A stretch of DNA of 64,000 nt from positions 1-64,000 of the IMG/VR virus record IMGVR_UViG_3300042566_000599; one strand, given 5' to 3'. The notes below the pieces were generated by a model. That model was given only the letters and a program-made list of their open reading frames with translations. It did not search any database and was not told the DNA's origin. Below are positions 1 through 10,043 of this stretch, one piece after another. This DNA is from a virus. Position numbers and translations under genes: made by a program. Positions within the stretch are counted from its first letter, which is position 1. Every line of letters begins with the position of its first letter.

Positions 1-783
1 CAACTTCTTAACCTGTGTTGTTTCGATGAATACTACGTCGTATAGACGACCGATTTCACCGAGCATGAAGTTACCTGGAGCAGCGTACTTTGTAACTTCG
101 ATGAACTCTGGGTTCGAACGAATGTCACGTGACTGCTTTGGGTGTACGAACTGTACGTATGTCTCACCTAAGCGAGGGATGTTCTTACCAGCAAGAGTAA
201 GAGCAGCGTCCTTAACAGCACCTGTAGTCAACTTGAAGTTGCCGTCTAGGTCTGAGAACTGTGTTGCAGCAGTTCCTTCGTTATACCAGTCGTTGACACC
301 CTGAAGTGCAGAGCGGTCGTAACCGAACACTGCAGAAGTTGCTGCAGAAAGTGTGTTACGTGCCTGAATATCTAGGTATTGTGCCATGTGACGGCCAAGA
401 AGACGTGAAGCAGAAGCCATTACGTCATCGAAGGATGCGTTTAGAAGAAGTTCAGAAACTGCTACTGCGTAGCCATGTTCTGCAACTGTAATTGCAATCT
501 GCTCTGCAGTAAGAGCGCTCGTTGTCATACGAACACCTTCTGTTAGAGGAGATGGGTCTACTGCGAAGTTCTTGTAACGAAGGAAGTTCACACGAAGACC
601 AGGAGCAACTCCTAGTTCAGTCTTCTTAACAGCAAACTGTTCAAAACGAAGAATTGGCATTGCCTGGAACAAGATTTCCTTGGACCAGATTGTCTGGATT
701 GCTTGATTCAGAGATGAGTTAGAGCCTGAATAAGCGGTAGGGGCGCTGGCGAGTTGACCAGTACCTGTAATTGCACTTGCCAT
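1..783 (-). CDS. Major capsid protein, N4-gp56 family (3' end outside window)
   Basis: Manual translation from ATG at 783: MASAITGTG...QAIQTIWSKEILFQAMPILRFEQFAVKKTELG...PLTEGV...EHGYAV...GEIGRLYDVVFIET; lies downstream of scaffold and portal. Confidence 0.9.
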   Translation of the reverse strand, partial: MASAITGTGQLASAPTAYSGSNSSLNQAIQTIWSKEILFQAMPILRFEQFAVKKTELGVAPGLRVNFLRYKNFAVDPSPLTEGVRMTTSALTAEQIAITVAEHGYAVAVSELLLNASFDDVMASASRLLGRHMAQYLDIQARNTLSAATSAVFGYDRSALQGVNDWYNEGTAATQFSDLDGNFKLTTGAVKDAALTLAGKNIPRLGETYVQFVHPKQSRDIRSNPEFIEVTKYAAPGNFMLGEIGRLYDVVFIETTQVKKL

Positions 784-816
784 TTAGGTCAAGTCCTTTC
801 TAGATAGATGTTTGGG

Positions 817-1605
817 TTAACCGAACAGTCCCTGACCACGATTGTTTGCTGCATTGCCAAGTAATTTGGCTCTTTGTTTCGCATAGTCTGCCAATGACAT
901 ATCCCTGATTGAATCAGGAGTTAACGATTGTGTGTCCGAATTGGTGTCGAGGGGTCCTGCGGCAGGTGCTGTTACGCGAGGTCCTGCCATTTGTGCTCGT
1001 GCAGACTGCATAGCCTGTTGAGCGGAATCGAGAATTCGAGCAGACTTTTCTACTAAAGTTGCGATGCTCTGCTCAATTGCATCTGGTGAATCACCTTCAA
1101 TTAAATCGATAAGTTCAGGAATGATGTTATTTCGTTCCTGTTCCAATCGAGATTGACGATAATTCATCAACTCTTGGAATTTGCGCTCTTGGTCTAAGAG
1201 TGCAATAGCACGTTCTCTTTCAAGACGTTCATTCTCTAGTTGAGAATGGAATTCTTGCTCCTTCTTTTTGAGAAGGTCTTTAAAGGACAGTTCGTTTTCT
1301 TCCTGTTCCTTCTTCAACTGTGCTGCACGGTTTTCCTCTTCAGCAATACGTGTTTGACGTTCTGCTTCACGAGTTTCCGCTTCCTCACGTTCTTTCTTAA
1401 GGGACGAGAGTTCTTCTTTCATCTTTTCAAGTTGTGGATACAACTTTGCCTTTTCTTGCTCACGAGCCTTTGCAATATCATCGGCTGTGTAAGCAGTAAA
1501 TGACGAATTTGCAGTCTGGGTTTCAGCCTGACTACTCATTGTTAAATTAACTGCAGACAGATTTGCATCTGTCATATCTACTTGGTTATCCATAGCAGTA
1601 TTCAC
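817..1605 (-). CDS. Capsid scaffolding protein
   Basis: Coiled-coil, E/K/Q-rich, located between portal and capsid. Confidence 0.75.
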   Translation of the reverse strand: MNTAMDNQVDMTDANLSAVNLTMSSQAETQTANSSFTAYTADDIAKAREQEKAKLYPQLEKMKEELSSLKKEREEAETREAERQTRIAEEENRAAQLKKEQEENELSFKDLLKKKEQEFHSQLENERLERERAIALLDQERKFQELMNYRQSRLEQERNNIIPELIDLIEGDSPDAIEQSIATLVEKSARILDSAQQAMQSARAQMAGPRVTAPAAGPLDTNSDTQSLTPDSIRDMSLADYAKQRAKLLGNAANNRGQGLFG

Positions 1606-1727
1606 TTATCTTTCTTGTGTAGTTGTCCGTATGCCTTTCGGCGTAGCCCTTGGTTGTTATGAGATAATTGCATTACATTTGTACGCAATTGTCTCGTTAT
1701 ATTCCAAACTTTTTACAGATTGGAAAT

Positions 1728-3464
1728 CTACTCTTTATCTACCGTTCGTCGTTGTGGAATCTTGGTTCCATAGGCTTGAGTAAGCAAGTCATTTCTAATG
1801 CCTGCTTCTGCTTGGTCCTCAATCATCTTTGCTTCTTGAACAGCGGGGTCTTCAACCTTTTCTGGGGTTGGAGCGCCTTCAATACCGTCACCCATAACAT
1901 CCCCATCCCCTAACTGCGTTGGTGCTAGTGGGACTGCGTTTGCGCCATCAGGTCCAGGCATCATTCCTGTTAAATCTTGAATTTGCTTCTGTATTTGAAC
2001 TCGAATAAGGGATAACGCACCGTCCGCCTTGGCATCTTCCATAAGTTCACGGCGAATTTCTTGTAGTTTCTCTTCAGGGAATTCCTCTCCTAGAGTACGA
2101 AGAGCGCCTTCCTTTGACTCAAGGCCCATACCAAGTTTGGTTTGAATTTCATTAAGCACAATAAGTTTGTCTAGAGGAAGAGGAGGTGGGAACTGTACGT
2201 AGTTCATGTACGAGATTGGGTCATTAGGGTCTAATCGGTCTAGTTGACCTGCCTTGATTGGGCCGTCCTCATCTGGGTTGTACAAGAATGTTTGCGGTTC
2301 TTTGATGACAAGGGTGCGAAGTGCAAGTTCATTGATTCGCTCAAGGCCCTTACCATACTGCGCTACCTTTTGTGAGTAGCGGTTCATCAGTGGTTGATAC
2401 TGAATAGACAGAGCAACACCTGATGTGTTTGAGATTGGTTGAACTTGTCCAAGCGCAGTCTCAGGAATATTCATCATTTCGTGCATTGAGCGTTTCAACA
2501 ACTCAAGGTATTTTAATGCGCCATCAATTCCTTGTGCACCACCTTCAAGGTTGAATACTTGGGCGTCTTTTGGAAGACCTCCCCAAACTTTCTTTGCACC
2601 TTTCTCAAGGTTAGAGGCTTTAGCACCAACGATAACTGTCACAGGAGAAGCGTGATAGTTAATGATGTCTGCGACATCGGTGCTGATTTCGTTATATGCA
2701 CGGTTGATAGTGATGATGTCATGTGCGTCCGAGAGACCCCAGGGTGAACCTGAAACAGGAACGTTAGGAATATGTACCACTGGAATAAGTCCAAGTGGAT
2801 TTGGACGTGAATCGATGAGTTCATCATTGATGTACTCTTCAATTACGTCATCAGTTAAAATTTCAGTGTAAGTAAACACTTGACGGGTACCCTCTAGAGA
2901 AGTTCCCCAAAAACGATACTTCTGTTTAAAGCGAAGTAGACGAGTCCTATCATGTGGGTGAAACTCAGGAAAACAAAATGAGGAGTTCATTGGCAGAATG
3001 CGAACACGTCCAGGATGGAACCTTCCAGCAGAATCTGTCCATGGCTCTTCGTATGCTACTTTAACAAACACATCGCCTGTAATGCCGCCTTGTTGTCCCA
3101 TTTCAAGTAAGACACGCATCTTGTCGTTATCTACGTCCCAGATACGCTCTAAACGGTCTGGAATAATGGCCTCAGTTGCTTTTGGCGAACGAAAGTGAAC
3201 ACCGCGACCAAAAACAAATCTTGCAAGGTAGTCATTAAACGCACGATAATAGTTCACTGCAATTTGCATTTCGCCTTGTTCACGACGATAACCCCAGTGA
3301 TGCCCTAAATACATTGCCCAGTTTAGAGAGTAACGGTTTAATCGAGGACCGTGAACCTCAAATTCTTCATCAGCAAGTTCTACAAGACCAAGTGGTGAAA
3401 TAGAAATGGTAAGGTCGGATGACGCTGCGCGGTATGACGGTGGCGTGAAATCAAGAAATGACAT
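1728..3464 (-). CDS. Portal protein (SPP1 gp6-like)
   Basis: 578 aa; NPLGLIPVVHIPN...WGLSD and SGVALSIQYQPL motifs; position in head module. Confidence 0.88.
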   Translation of the reverse strand: MSFLDFTPPSYRAASSDLTISISPLGLVELADEEFEVHGPRLNRYSLNWAMYLGHHWGYRREQGEMQIAVNYYRAFNDYLARFVFGRGVHFRSPKATEAIIPDRLERIWDVDNDKMRVLLEMGQQGGITGDVFVKVAYEEPWTDSAGRFHPGRVRILPMNSSFCFPEFHPHDRTRLLRFKQKYRFWGTSLEGTRQVFTYTEILTDDVIEEYINDELIDSRPNPLGLIPVVHIPNVPVSGSPWGLSDAHDIITINRAYNEISTDVADIINYHASPVTVIVGAKASNLEKGAKKVWGGLPKDAQVFNLEGGAQGIDGALKYLELLKRSMHEMMNIPETALGQVQPISNTSGVALSIQYQPLMNRYSQKVAQYGKGLERINELALRTLVIKEPQTFLYNPDEDGPIKAGQLDRLDPNDPISYMNYVQFPPPLPLDKLIVLNEIQTKLGMGLESKEGALRTLGEEFPEEKLQEIRRELMEDAKADGALSLIRVQIQKQIQDLTGMMPGPDGANAVPLAPTQLGDGDVMGDGIEGAPTPEKVEDPAVQEAKMIEDQAEAGIRNDLLTQAYGTKIPQRRTVDKE

Positions 3465-3736
3465 TACTTCTTGCCTTTATCCTTTTCGGATTTTTGTGTT
3501 TCTTTTTTTGAAACTTCTTTTTTAATATTGCGTTTGTTTTCTTGTTCGTGTTGTTGTTTCTTCTGTGCCATTTTGCGACGACGGTCTTCTTCTGTTGTTT
3601 CTACGTACTGACCACCTGCTTGTTGATATTTTTTTGCAACCCAAGCACTAGCACCAGGATTAGGCCATGTAGAATATTTTGCTTTGGCCTGTGCGATAAA
3701 CATCGCATACAATTTTAAATTAGCAGGTTTTCTCAC
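3464..3736 (-). CDS. Small basic hypothetical protein
   Basis: ORF with SD (GGAG), translationally coupled to portal. Confidence 0.6.
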   Translation of the reverse strand: MRKPANLKLYAMFIAQAKAKYSTWPNPGASAWVAKKYQQAGGQYVETTEEDRRRKMAQKKQQHEQENKRNIKKEVSKKETQKSEKDKGKK

Positions 3737-3807
3737 TGAACTCCTCCGAATGCACCTTGTTCCCGCCCATACACTACCGTATAGGCGGGTTCAGGTTGTC
3801 TAAATAA

Positions 3808-4203
3808 CTAGTCGTTTACGACTGTTGGTGCTTGGCGCTGTTGACGTCCGCCTGAACGAACAACGGTTTCAATCATCTGTTCTGCACGGTCTGTGTATGT
3901 GCCGTGAGCAAACTCGCCGAGCATTGTTGGTGCTTCAATCCATGCAGCCGAACCAACATGTGCACGCTCTGAGAGTGTCTCAGCAGCAGGCTTCTGCCAT
4001 ACAGGTGCATTGCGGTTTGGACGACCTGGAGCAACTGCTGCGCCCTGCTGCATTCCTTTTACGAAATCGTTTGGAACATCAGTATCAGTTGCTACGCCTT
4101 CTTCAAAGCGTAGTGGTCCACGACGAACTGGGTTGTCGCCCATCTTGCGCTCGTAGAGATTAGGTGCACGCTCTGGAAAGCGAGGTGCTGGAGAAATAGC
4201 CAT
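3808..4203 (-). CDS. Hypothetical head-module protein
   Basis: ORF with AAGGAG SD between terminase and portal. Confidence 0.65.
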   Translation of the reverse strand: MAISPAPRFPERAPNLYERKMGDNPVRRGPLRFEEGVATDTDVPNDFVKGMQQGAAVAPGRPNRNAPVWQKPAAETLSERAHVGSAAWIEAPTMLGEFAHGTYTDRAEQMIETVVRSGGRQQRQAPTVVND

Positions 4204-4274
4204 TGGAGACTCCTTGTTTCTAGGTTTAGGTATACCTGGTAATAGTTTCCACCCTTTTAAGTAGTTTGTGTGGC

Positions 4275-5858
4275 TTAACCAAAGAAAGGATTACTTGATG
4301 CAACAATTTCTGGCATAACGAGGTCCTGAGTAAGGGAGCAAGCGATAGACAAGGAGTCCACAAAGTCGTCATGAGCGTAGGATTCGTCAGGGGCGGCTAC
4401 AAGAAAATTAGGACCTTTGTATTGCACCTCTGCATCTACCATCTGTTGGTAGAACCGCTTCCACGTTCTTAGGCGCCTTGTCTTTGCATGAGAAGGCCAT
4501 GAAATCATTTTACGTTGGATTAAAGCCTGTAGGTGTTTCCAACGTTTTGACTGCTCGGATGGGCTTGATGTCAAAGATATAACTTCTGCTCTAGGCAAAA
4601 GAAGTTTTAGTCTTTGTGCAACAGCATCACCTACACCGTTAGCGTCTACGCCAACTGCAAGTACGTCATAGTTCTCAAGGAAGTTAACAATTTGATAATA
4701 CTGCTCTTCCCAGTCATCTCCCTGCATTTCAAGCCAATTGAGAATGCGATGGTCAAAATACCCAAACTCATCAGGCCTATCCCAGTCGACCCAAACAACA
4801 GTTACAACGGTGCTGTCTGTCTTACGAGCAGGGTCGATACCAACAACAACTGGAGTCTTGTGCCAAGACTTTACTAACTCTTGTGATGTGTCACCAAGTT
4901 CATCCATTACTGATGAGGTAACAAACATTCCACGCTCTAACAACCACTTACAGTTGTACGACATTTGAAATTCATCAGAGTCCTCACCAATACGCAACAT
5001 TTCTTTTCTAATAAACTTTTCATAGTTTGCATTAAACTTTGCTACATCTTTCCAATCCCATTGGAAATGGTTTTGACGAGAAGCACGACCTGTCTGTCGT
5101 CTACGGTTTAATTGAATAGCGCGATAGAAGTTGTTTTTACTAGTCGTTGGTGTGCCAGTCTTTACCATTGTTCCTGCGTAGTACGCCAACATAGGAGAGA
5201 TAGACTTAGAAACAACAAAGTCGTCGGCTTCTTGACACTCATCGATTATTACAAGATGAAAAGATTTAGATTCAATTTTTGCTCTTGGGTTTGCAGTCAT
5301 CATTGTGATAGTAGAACCCGATTTCTTTAATCGAATTTGCCTTGTAACACCTCCCACACGTGCGGCTGCATCATCAATTTCAGGGTCATCCATAATTTCT
5401 AAAGCACGCTCTGAACTTAAACGAGTAACAGTACGGCCAAATAACGTTTCAGCCTGAGATTCTGTAGGAGCAAATAAACCAACCCAAATACCGTCTTTAA
5501 ACTTTCCAAGTAAATCAGGATACAGTTTTGCAAGACGGGGAAGTAGAATCATCATAGTTGCTACAGTGTCTGCAACAGTTTCTGATTTACCAGACTGACG
5601 AGAAGCAAGAGCAGTGATTTCTTCACCATCATTAATGATGACGGATTCCATAATACGACGAGCAAGCGGTTTCTGGTAAGCGTGCAGGTCGTGTCCCACA
5701 AGTACTACGAGAAACTCAAGCATCTTGTCTATGAGTTTGTCTACAAACTGTTGCGATAATTCATCTAAGGGTTCATCAACAGACTCTTCTACTGGCTGCT
5801 CATCCTGTAGAAAAAACTCAGGATTGATTTCTTCAAACTTATCTTGTTCCATATGCAC
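4275..5858 (-). CDS. terL: Terminase large subunit
   Basis: ASRQSGKS Walker A, VIIDECQ Walker B, TGTP coupling motif, GIDPA nuclease motif, C-terminal HDDFVDS. Confidence 0.95.
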   Translation of the reverse strand: MHMEQDKFEEINPEFFLQDEQPVEESVDEPLDELSQQFVDKLIDKMLEFLVVLVGHDLHAYQKPLARRIMESVIINDGEEITALASRQSGKSETVADTVATMMILLPRLAKLYPDLLGKFKDGIWVGLFAPTESQAETLFGRTVTRLSSERALEIMDDPEIDDAAARVGGVTRQIRLKKSGSTITMMTANPRAKIESKSFHLVIIDECQEADDFVVSKSISPMLAYYAGTMVKTGTPTTSKNNFYRAIQLNRRRQTGRASRQNHFQWDWKDVAKFNANYEKFIRKEMLRIGEDSDEFQMSYNCKWLLERGMFVTSSVMDELGDTSQELVKSWHKTPVVVGIDPARKTDSTVVTVVWVDWDRPDEFGYFDHRILNWLEMQGDDWEEQYYQIVNFLENYDVLAVGVDANGVGDAVAQRLKLLLPRAEVISLTSSPSEQSKRWKHLQALIQRKMISWPSHAKTRRLRTWKRFYQQMVDAEVQYKGPNFLVAAPDESYAHDDFVDSLSIACSLTQDLVMPEIVASSNPFFG

Positions 5859-5871
5859 CCATTAAACAGCG

Positions 5872-5894
5872 TGACCCACCTTTTGGGTGGGTCA
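5872..5894. terminator. Hairpin upstream of terL
   Basis: TGACCCACC-N5-GGTGGGTCA inverted repeat. Confidence 0.45.
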
Positions 5895-5932
5895 ACGCCA
5901 GACCTGTAGAGAGGTGAAGCAAAGAAATCGTA

Positions 5933-6169
5933 TCACAAAACATGACGTTTCTTTAACTCCTTGGCAATTGCATGAAACGCTTCTGCACCCATAAGAACCT
6001 CATCAAGGTCGGCAGTGCTATTTTGTTTTTGATATATCGTGATATGTTTCCCAATCGAGTACATCGAGTGCTCCATCCAGGCTATCAAGTCTGGGGTGGA
6101 AATCGTCGACACTCTCTTCTCTATCCGAGTCTGGGGCTGGTGTCCATCCTGCTTTTTCCGTAAAATCAT
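5933..6169 (-). CDS. Hypothetical protein (overlaps the next ORF)
   Basis: 78-aa helical-looking ORF. Confidence 0.5.
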   Translation of the reverse strand: MILRKKQDGHQPQTRIEKRVSTISTPDLIAWMEHSMYSIGKHITIYQKQNSTADLDEVLMGAEAFHAIAKELKKRHVL

Positions 6170-6410
6170 CGTAAGTTACATCCCGCCTTTCTAGGGCAGA
6201 GTTTAGCGCTTCTTCTTCATCTTTCGCACCAGTCCAACGGCCAATAACTAGGGCACGATAGTTAGGTAGTTTAAATATTAGGGGTTCAGAAGTTCTAAAG
6301 GGTTCCTCAATCTCTTGAGTCCAACCACGAACAAGCAGTTTTCCATCCCATTCATAGGGGAATTTAGTCACTTGTACAAATAGTGGTCCAATATTGTGTG
6401 CCTTTGGCAT
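6018..6410 (-). CDS. Hypothetical protein
   Basis: ATG directly after the stop of the KTSC gene. Confidence 0.6.
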   Translation of the reverse strand: MPKAHNIGPLFVQVTKFPYEWDGKLLVRGWTQEIEEPFRTSEPLIFKLPNYRALVIGRWTGAKDEEEALNSALERRDVTYDDFTEKAGWTPAPDSDREESVDDFHPRLDSLDGALDVLDWETYHDISKTK

Positions 6411-7244
6411 TTATCTCTTTCTTGGTTTATTTGCCTTTGGTGCTTTAGGGGTGTTCTTTTTAGCCATACGGTCATACTGCTTACGTTCGTTGGTTAACTG
6501 TACAGCGCGGGTTATCTTATACAAAGCCGTGCGTGCGTACGCGGGAAGTGATGAGACACTTGCTGGACCACGTGGTTTGTAGTCTAGAACCTTATAAATG
6601 TATTGGCCTTTAGAGACTCGACGCTTAAAGTCTTGCCATTCTGTAGTATTGACTTCATAATAGTTGTAATAAGTACCGTCACGAAATACGACAGTCAACA
6701 CTGAACGCTGGCGGTCATAACCAGCGGCTACAGTGCGAGGGCGTTCTGGATTAGTTGTAGAGGTTGGCACTAGAGATAACGGCGCTGGAGCGTCAGACTC
6801 GCCAAATTGCGGACCCTTTTCACCAGGAATAACTACTTCACCAGTGTCTAAATCTTCATCGTAGTACTTACGACCAGCAGAACGGTCAACAAAATTACCT
6901 TGTGCGTCTATATAGTAGACGTCTTCACCGAGTCCTGGAAATACTGCCTCACCTGCCTGATTACGACGAGCAACGTCGTCAGGGCTTTGTGGGTTGTAGA
7001 AGCGCAGGGTTTCATCTGCGCTTAATAAGGATACTGTTTCAAAGAATTCACCAGCAGATGCTGCTGTAGGTAATGCAGAAAATGGACTTTGAAATGAGCC
7101 CTCTTGTGACAAGGCCTTCATCATTCCTGCGGTTGTCTTGGAGCCGATTCCATACGGCTTACCCATTGCTCCCAATAATTCTTGAGCAGAGGGGAGGGCA
7201 GGCCGACGACTAGCGCCTGCTCCTCCTCCTCTGACTCGTGCCAT
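6411..7244 (-). CDS. KTSC-domain protein
   Basis: AAGYDRQRSVLTVVFRDGTYYNYYEV...FKRRVSKGQY matches the KTSC pattern. Confidence 0.75.
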   Translation of the reverse strand: MARVRGGGAGASRRPALPSAQELLGAMGKPYGIGSKTTAGMMKALSQEGSFQSPFSALPTAASAGEFFETVSLLSADETLRFYNPQSPDDVARRNQAGEAVFPGLGEDVYYIDAQGNFVDRSAGRKYYDEDLDTGEVVIPGEKGPQFGESDAPAPLSLVPTSTTNPERPRTVAAGYDRQRSVLTVVFRDGTYYNYYEVNTTEWQDFKRRVSKGQYIYKVLDYKPRGPASVSSLPAYARTALYKITRAVQLTNERKQYDRMAKKNTPKAPKANKPRKR

Positions 7245-7252
7245 AACTTATA

Positions 7253-7909
7253 TTAGGACGCTACTGCAAATGGTGTAATTGTTACTGCTGCACCTGGTGC
7301 TGTGTTGTTTGCACCTGCGGCAACTGATTGAGTCTTGATAGTTCCTTCAAGACCGACAGCAGTTGCTGATAGTCCTGTAAGTGCAAGAACATCAGTGTTT
7401 GTACCTGTTGCAGTAAATGAGTTGGTGCTTGAAGTTGCAACGGTGTATGTGCCGTTTGCTGTTGCACTGCCTGAGTTAGCAATAACAACCTTCTGACCAA
7501 CTGAGAATCCGTGAGTTGATGATGTTACTGTAATAGTTGTGCTTCCAGCAGTACGAGCAATTGCTGTTACTGCCTTTGCAGCGTTTGTTGCTGCTGTTGC
7601 AGTTGTAGGAACGAGTGATGCGTCCTTCATTGCGTCAGTTGCTAGTGCTGTTGTAAGACCAATTACTGAAGGAACAAGTACGTAGTCAGTTGCACCAACT
7701 ACATCTTCTCCTGCTGAGTTTGCTGTGAATAGTGGGTATCCGCCCCATCCTGAAAGAGCGATGATGTGGTTATCAAGTGCTGGGTCTAAACGACCTGCCG
7801 TTGTATCTGGGCGAGCGTCATTTGGTTGAATAGGGAAGTTACCCCATACAAAATCAATTGCGACTTCACCTGCGGAATCGAGAAGATTCCCGTTGTTATT
7901 TGTTGCCAT
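7253..7909 (-). CDS. PASTA-like domain, Thr/Ala-rich putative virion protein
   Basis: VPSVIGLT...A...L and GTIKTQSVAAG...VTIT halves separated by a beta-rich insert. Confidence 0.55.
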   Translation of the reverse strand: MATNNNGNLLDSAGEVAIDFVWGNFPIQPNDARPDTTAGRLDPALDNHIIALSGWGGYPLFTANSAGEDVVGATDYVLVPSVIGLTTALATDAMKDASLVPTTATAATNAAKAVTAIARTAGSTTITVTSSTHGFSVGQKVVIANSGSATANGTYTVATSSTNSFTATGTNTDVLALTGLSATAVGLEGTIKTQSVAAGANNTAPGAAVTITPFAVAS

Positions 7910-8145
7910 TAGTTTTCTTCCTCACATGTGTGGTTGTCTAATTCAGTCTCAAAAAGCACCTCTTCGCAGTCGCGACATTTGAAGAAGCGTACTTCGTCTA
8001 GTGCTGGATGTAAGGAATCCGAATGTTCGTCGCCGTAAGCCATCTGAGGCCCTGCTAGGACTTCAGGAGGAAACGGTCCTCTTGGACTGTGTGATGCTGA
8101 TGGTACAGCATGTCCTTGCACTGCGAACTTGCGAATCACTTTCAT
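7909..8145 (-). CDS. Small Zn-finger protein
   Basis: CRDC...H.C. Confidence 0.55.
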   Translation of the reverse strand: MKVIRKFAVQGHAVPSASHSPRGPFPPEVLAGPQMAYGDEHSDSLHPALDEVRFFKCRDCEEVLFETELDNHTCEEEN

Positions 8146-8402
8146 TCTTCGCTCGGTTCTTCAGCCGCCTTCTTCTTGCGTTTTGGCTTAGGTGCTTGAA
8201 CTTCGTCTGTGGGCTCATCTGCGTTGAGTACTGCAATAGCAGACTCTCTTTCGACCTTTAACTGCTCGGTGGTTTTTAAAAGGCCTGCCTTACGACGTGG
8301 CTCTAAGAAGTTTGGCAAATGTTTACCACAATAGAGAATTTCTTTTTGTTTGGTTATTTGGTAAATATAAAAGGCGTCTCTACTGCAGTTAGCACATTTC
8401 AT
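8142..8402 (-). CDS. Small Zn-binding protein
   Basis: CANC...CGKH. Confidence 0.55.
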   Translation of the reverse strand: MKCANCSRDAFYIYQITKQKEILYCGKHLPNFLEPRRKAGLLKTTEQLKVERESAIAVLNADEPTDEVQAPKPKRKKKAAEEPSEE

Positions 8403-8605
8403 TATTTCGCCTTCTTTGCGGCTTTCTTCTTGGCAGCAGCCTTCTTGACAGGGGCCTTCTTTGCTACCTTCTTTGCAACGGTTTTCTTCACTGGAGCCTT
8501 CTTCTTCTTTGCAGATTCAACTGCATCCAGTTCCTTCAATAGGCTTTCAATAATTGCTTTTGGGTCTTTCATTAGACCAAGTTTGATAAGTAGTTTCTTT
8601 AACAT
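8402..8605 (-). CDS. Lys/Ala-rich histone H1-like protein
   Basis: KKAPVKK/AKK repeats. Confidence 0.6.
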   Translation of the reverse strand: MLKKLLIKLGLMKDPKAIIESLLKELDAVESAKKKKAPVKKTVAKKVAKKAPVKKAAAKKKAAKKAK

Positions 8606-8884
8606 TTAGCAGTCCCATGCTCGTAGTGATTTATTAATCCGACTGTTAGGGTCTCTAGCAGTCTTTGAAGAGGTGTTCTTACTCTTCATGCCTTCCATCC
8701 TAGCGCAAAATGATTTGCGACGTGCTGCTGATTTCTTAGACTTTGCAGCCTGTTCTTTTTTAACTGGAGGCTTTAGGTCAGAACCAGGATTTGCACGTTC
8801 GTATGACTTCCGCCCCTTCTCATTTAATCCACCTTTGGCGTTTTTGCCCTCTTTACGTTGCCATGCTTCCGATTTTTTTGCCAT
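8606..8884 (-). CDS. Small basic phage protein (DUF6321-like)
   Basis: GGLNEKGR...RRKSFCARM...SLRAWDC, a common phage family. Confidence 0.65.
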   Translation of the reverse strand: MAKKSEAWQRKEGKNAKGGLNEKGRKSYERANPGSDLKPPVKKEQAAKSKKSAARRKSFCARMEGMKSKNTSSKTARDPNSRINKSLRAWDC

Positions 8885-9219
8885 TACCAATCCAATCCGT
8901 GTGAAAATTGTTTGCTGTCTAAAACAGGTGAGCCACCAGTCATTGGTCCTGGAGTAGACATTAGGTTTGACAAACGACTACGAGTTTGTTTTCCTAGTTG
9001 TGGATGGTCTTTGATAGTCTCTAACTTACGATAGTAATCAACAGAGTGCATTCCAAACCGTGAGCGAATAGCGGCGTCTCTATCAACAAGAGAGCCAAAA
9101 GAACGATTAGAAAATCTAACCATCTTCTTTTCTGAAGGAGTCAGGGGAGCGTGCCTATCTCCGTATCCTGCTCCAAAGTGTTTGTAAGAGTCATCATCTC
9201 CTACTAATGATGCTGGCAT
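8884..9219 (-). CDS. Hypothetical protein (DUF3263-like)
   Basis: AAIRSRFGM..VDYY.KL...DHP resembles actinobacterial DUF3263. Confidence 0.4.
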   Translation of the reverse strand: MPASLVGDDDSYKHFGAGYGDRHAPLTPSEKKMVRFSNRSFGSLVDRDAAIRSRFGMHSVDYYRKLETIKDHPQLGKQTRSRLSNLMSTPGPMTGGSPVLDSKQFSHGLDW

Positions 9220-9638
9220 TATTCAGGTGCTTTCATTGCACGGCCTGTTTTAGGGTCACGTACTGGAAGTGGACGTGTTGTTTTAGTTTCGTCAGTTGGT
9301 GCAGCCTTTGCTGCTCTTACTGTTTTTGGTTTTTTAGTAAACTGAGCACTAGTATCACCAATACTTAAATGAATTGGTGTCTCATGTTTTGCATGTCGAA
9401 GTACGGAACCAAAGAACTCCATGTTACGACCATGTGCAGTAACAGCAGACTGCTCAGCAAGAGCAGCCTTGTGAGACTCCGCTTCTATACCGTATTGATG
9501 GGCTGCATACTGAGCCTGATGAAGTGCCACAGCATGATGGTATTCAGGAGTAGTTTGTTTTGGATACTGCCCTAGTTTATTGGCTATCCACTTAAAGGGG
9601 TTTACGTCACCGCTAGAAAATGAAGGTTGCATGCTCAT
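9219..9638 (-). CDS. Hypothetical protein
   Basis: ORF in frame with the operon. Confidence 0.55.
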   Translation of the reverse strand: MSMQPSFSSGDVNPFKWIANKLGQYPKQTTPEYHHAVALHQAQYAAHQYGIEAESHKAALAEQSAVTAHGRNMEFFGSVLRHAKHETPIHLSIGDTSAQFTKKPKTVRAAKAAPTDETKTTRPLPVRDPKTGRAMKAPE

Positions 9639-9658
9639 GGGCTAATCTTCTCTCAGTC

Positions 9659-10030
9659 TTACTTGTTTTGGGTATTTAACGAGTCCTCAATCTTTATAAG
9701 CCGTTCACCCATCTCTACAAAGGCTTCCAGCATCATGTCAGCCTTTTCTTCAAGTTTTTCTTGTTTATAAAACATCTTGTTTACAACGTCTTTAGTAGAT
9801 TTACCGCCGTTTTGGCTTAACTCACCGTCTAGTTTATTGAGACGCTCCATGACGCCAGGCACGCGGTCACGCCCAGGAGACCCTTCTTCGCCCATCCAAT
9901 CTCTACGAAAATGGTCAAACCAATCCCCAAATTCTTTTGCCTTCTTGTAGCCTGGGCGAAAGATGACGCCTAAAGCAGTTGCAACCGATGCGATAAAAAT
10001 AATTGCACCAGCAATAGCCTCAAGCGTCAT
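9659..10030 (-). CDS. Membrane protein, probably lysis-associated
   Basis: Likely start MTLEA with SD; N-terminal TM helix, then PGVMERL...ELSQNGG.S.KD typical of actinophage lysis-region genes. Confidence 0.6.
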   Translation of the reverse strand: MTLEAIAGAIIFIASVATALGVIFRPGYKKAKEFGDWFDHFRRDWMGEEGSPGRDRVPGVMERLNKLDGELSQNGGKSTKDVVNKMFYKQEKLEEKADMMLEAFVEMGERLIKIEDSLNTQNK

Positions 10031-10043
10031 CCTTCTACCTCTA

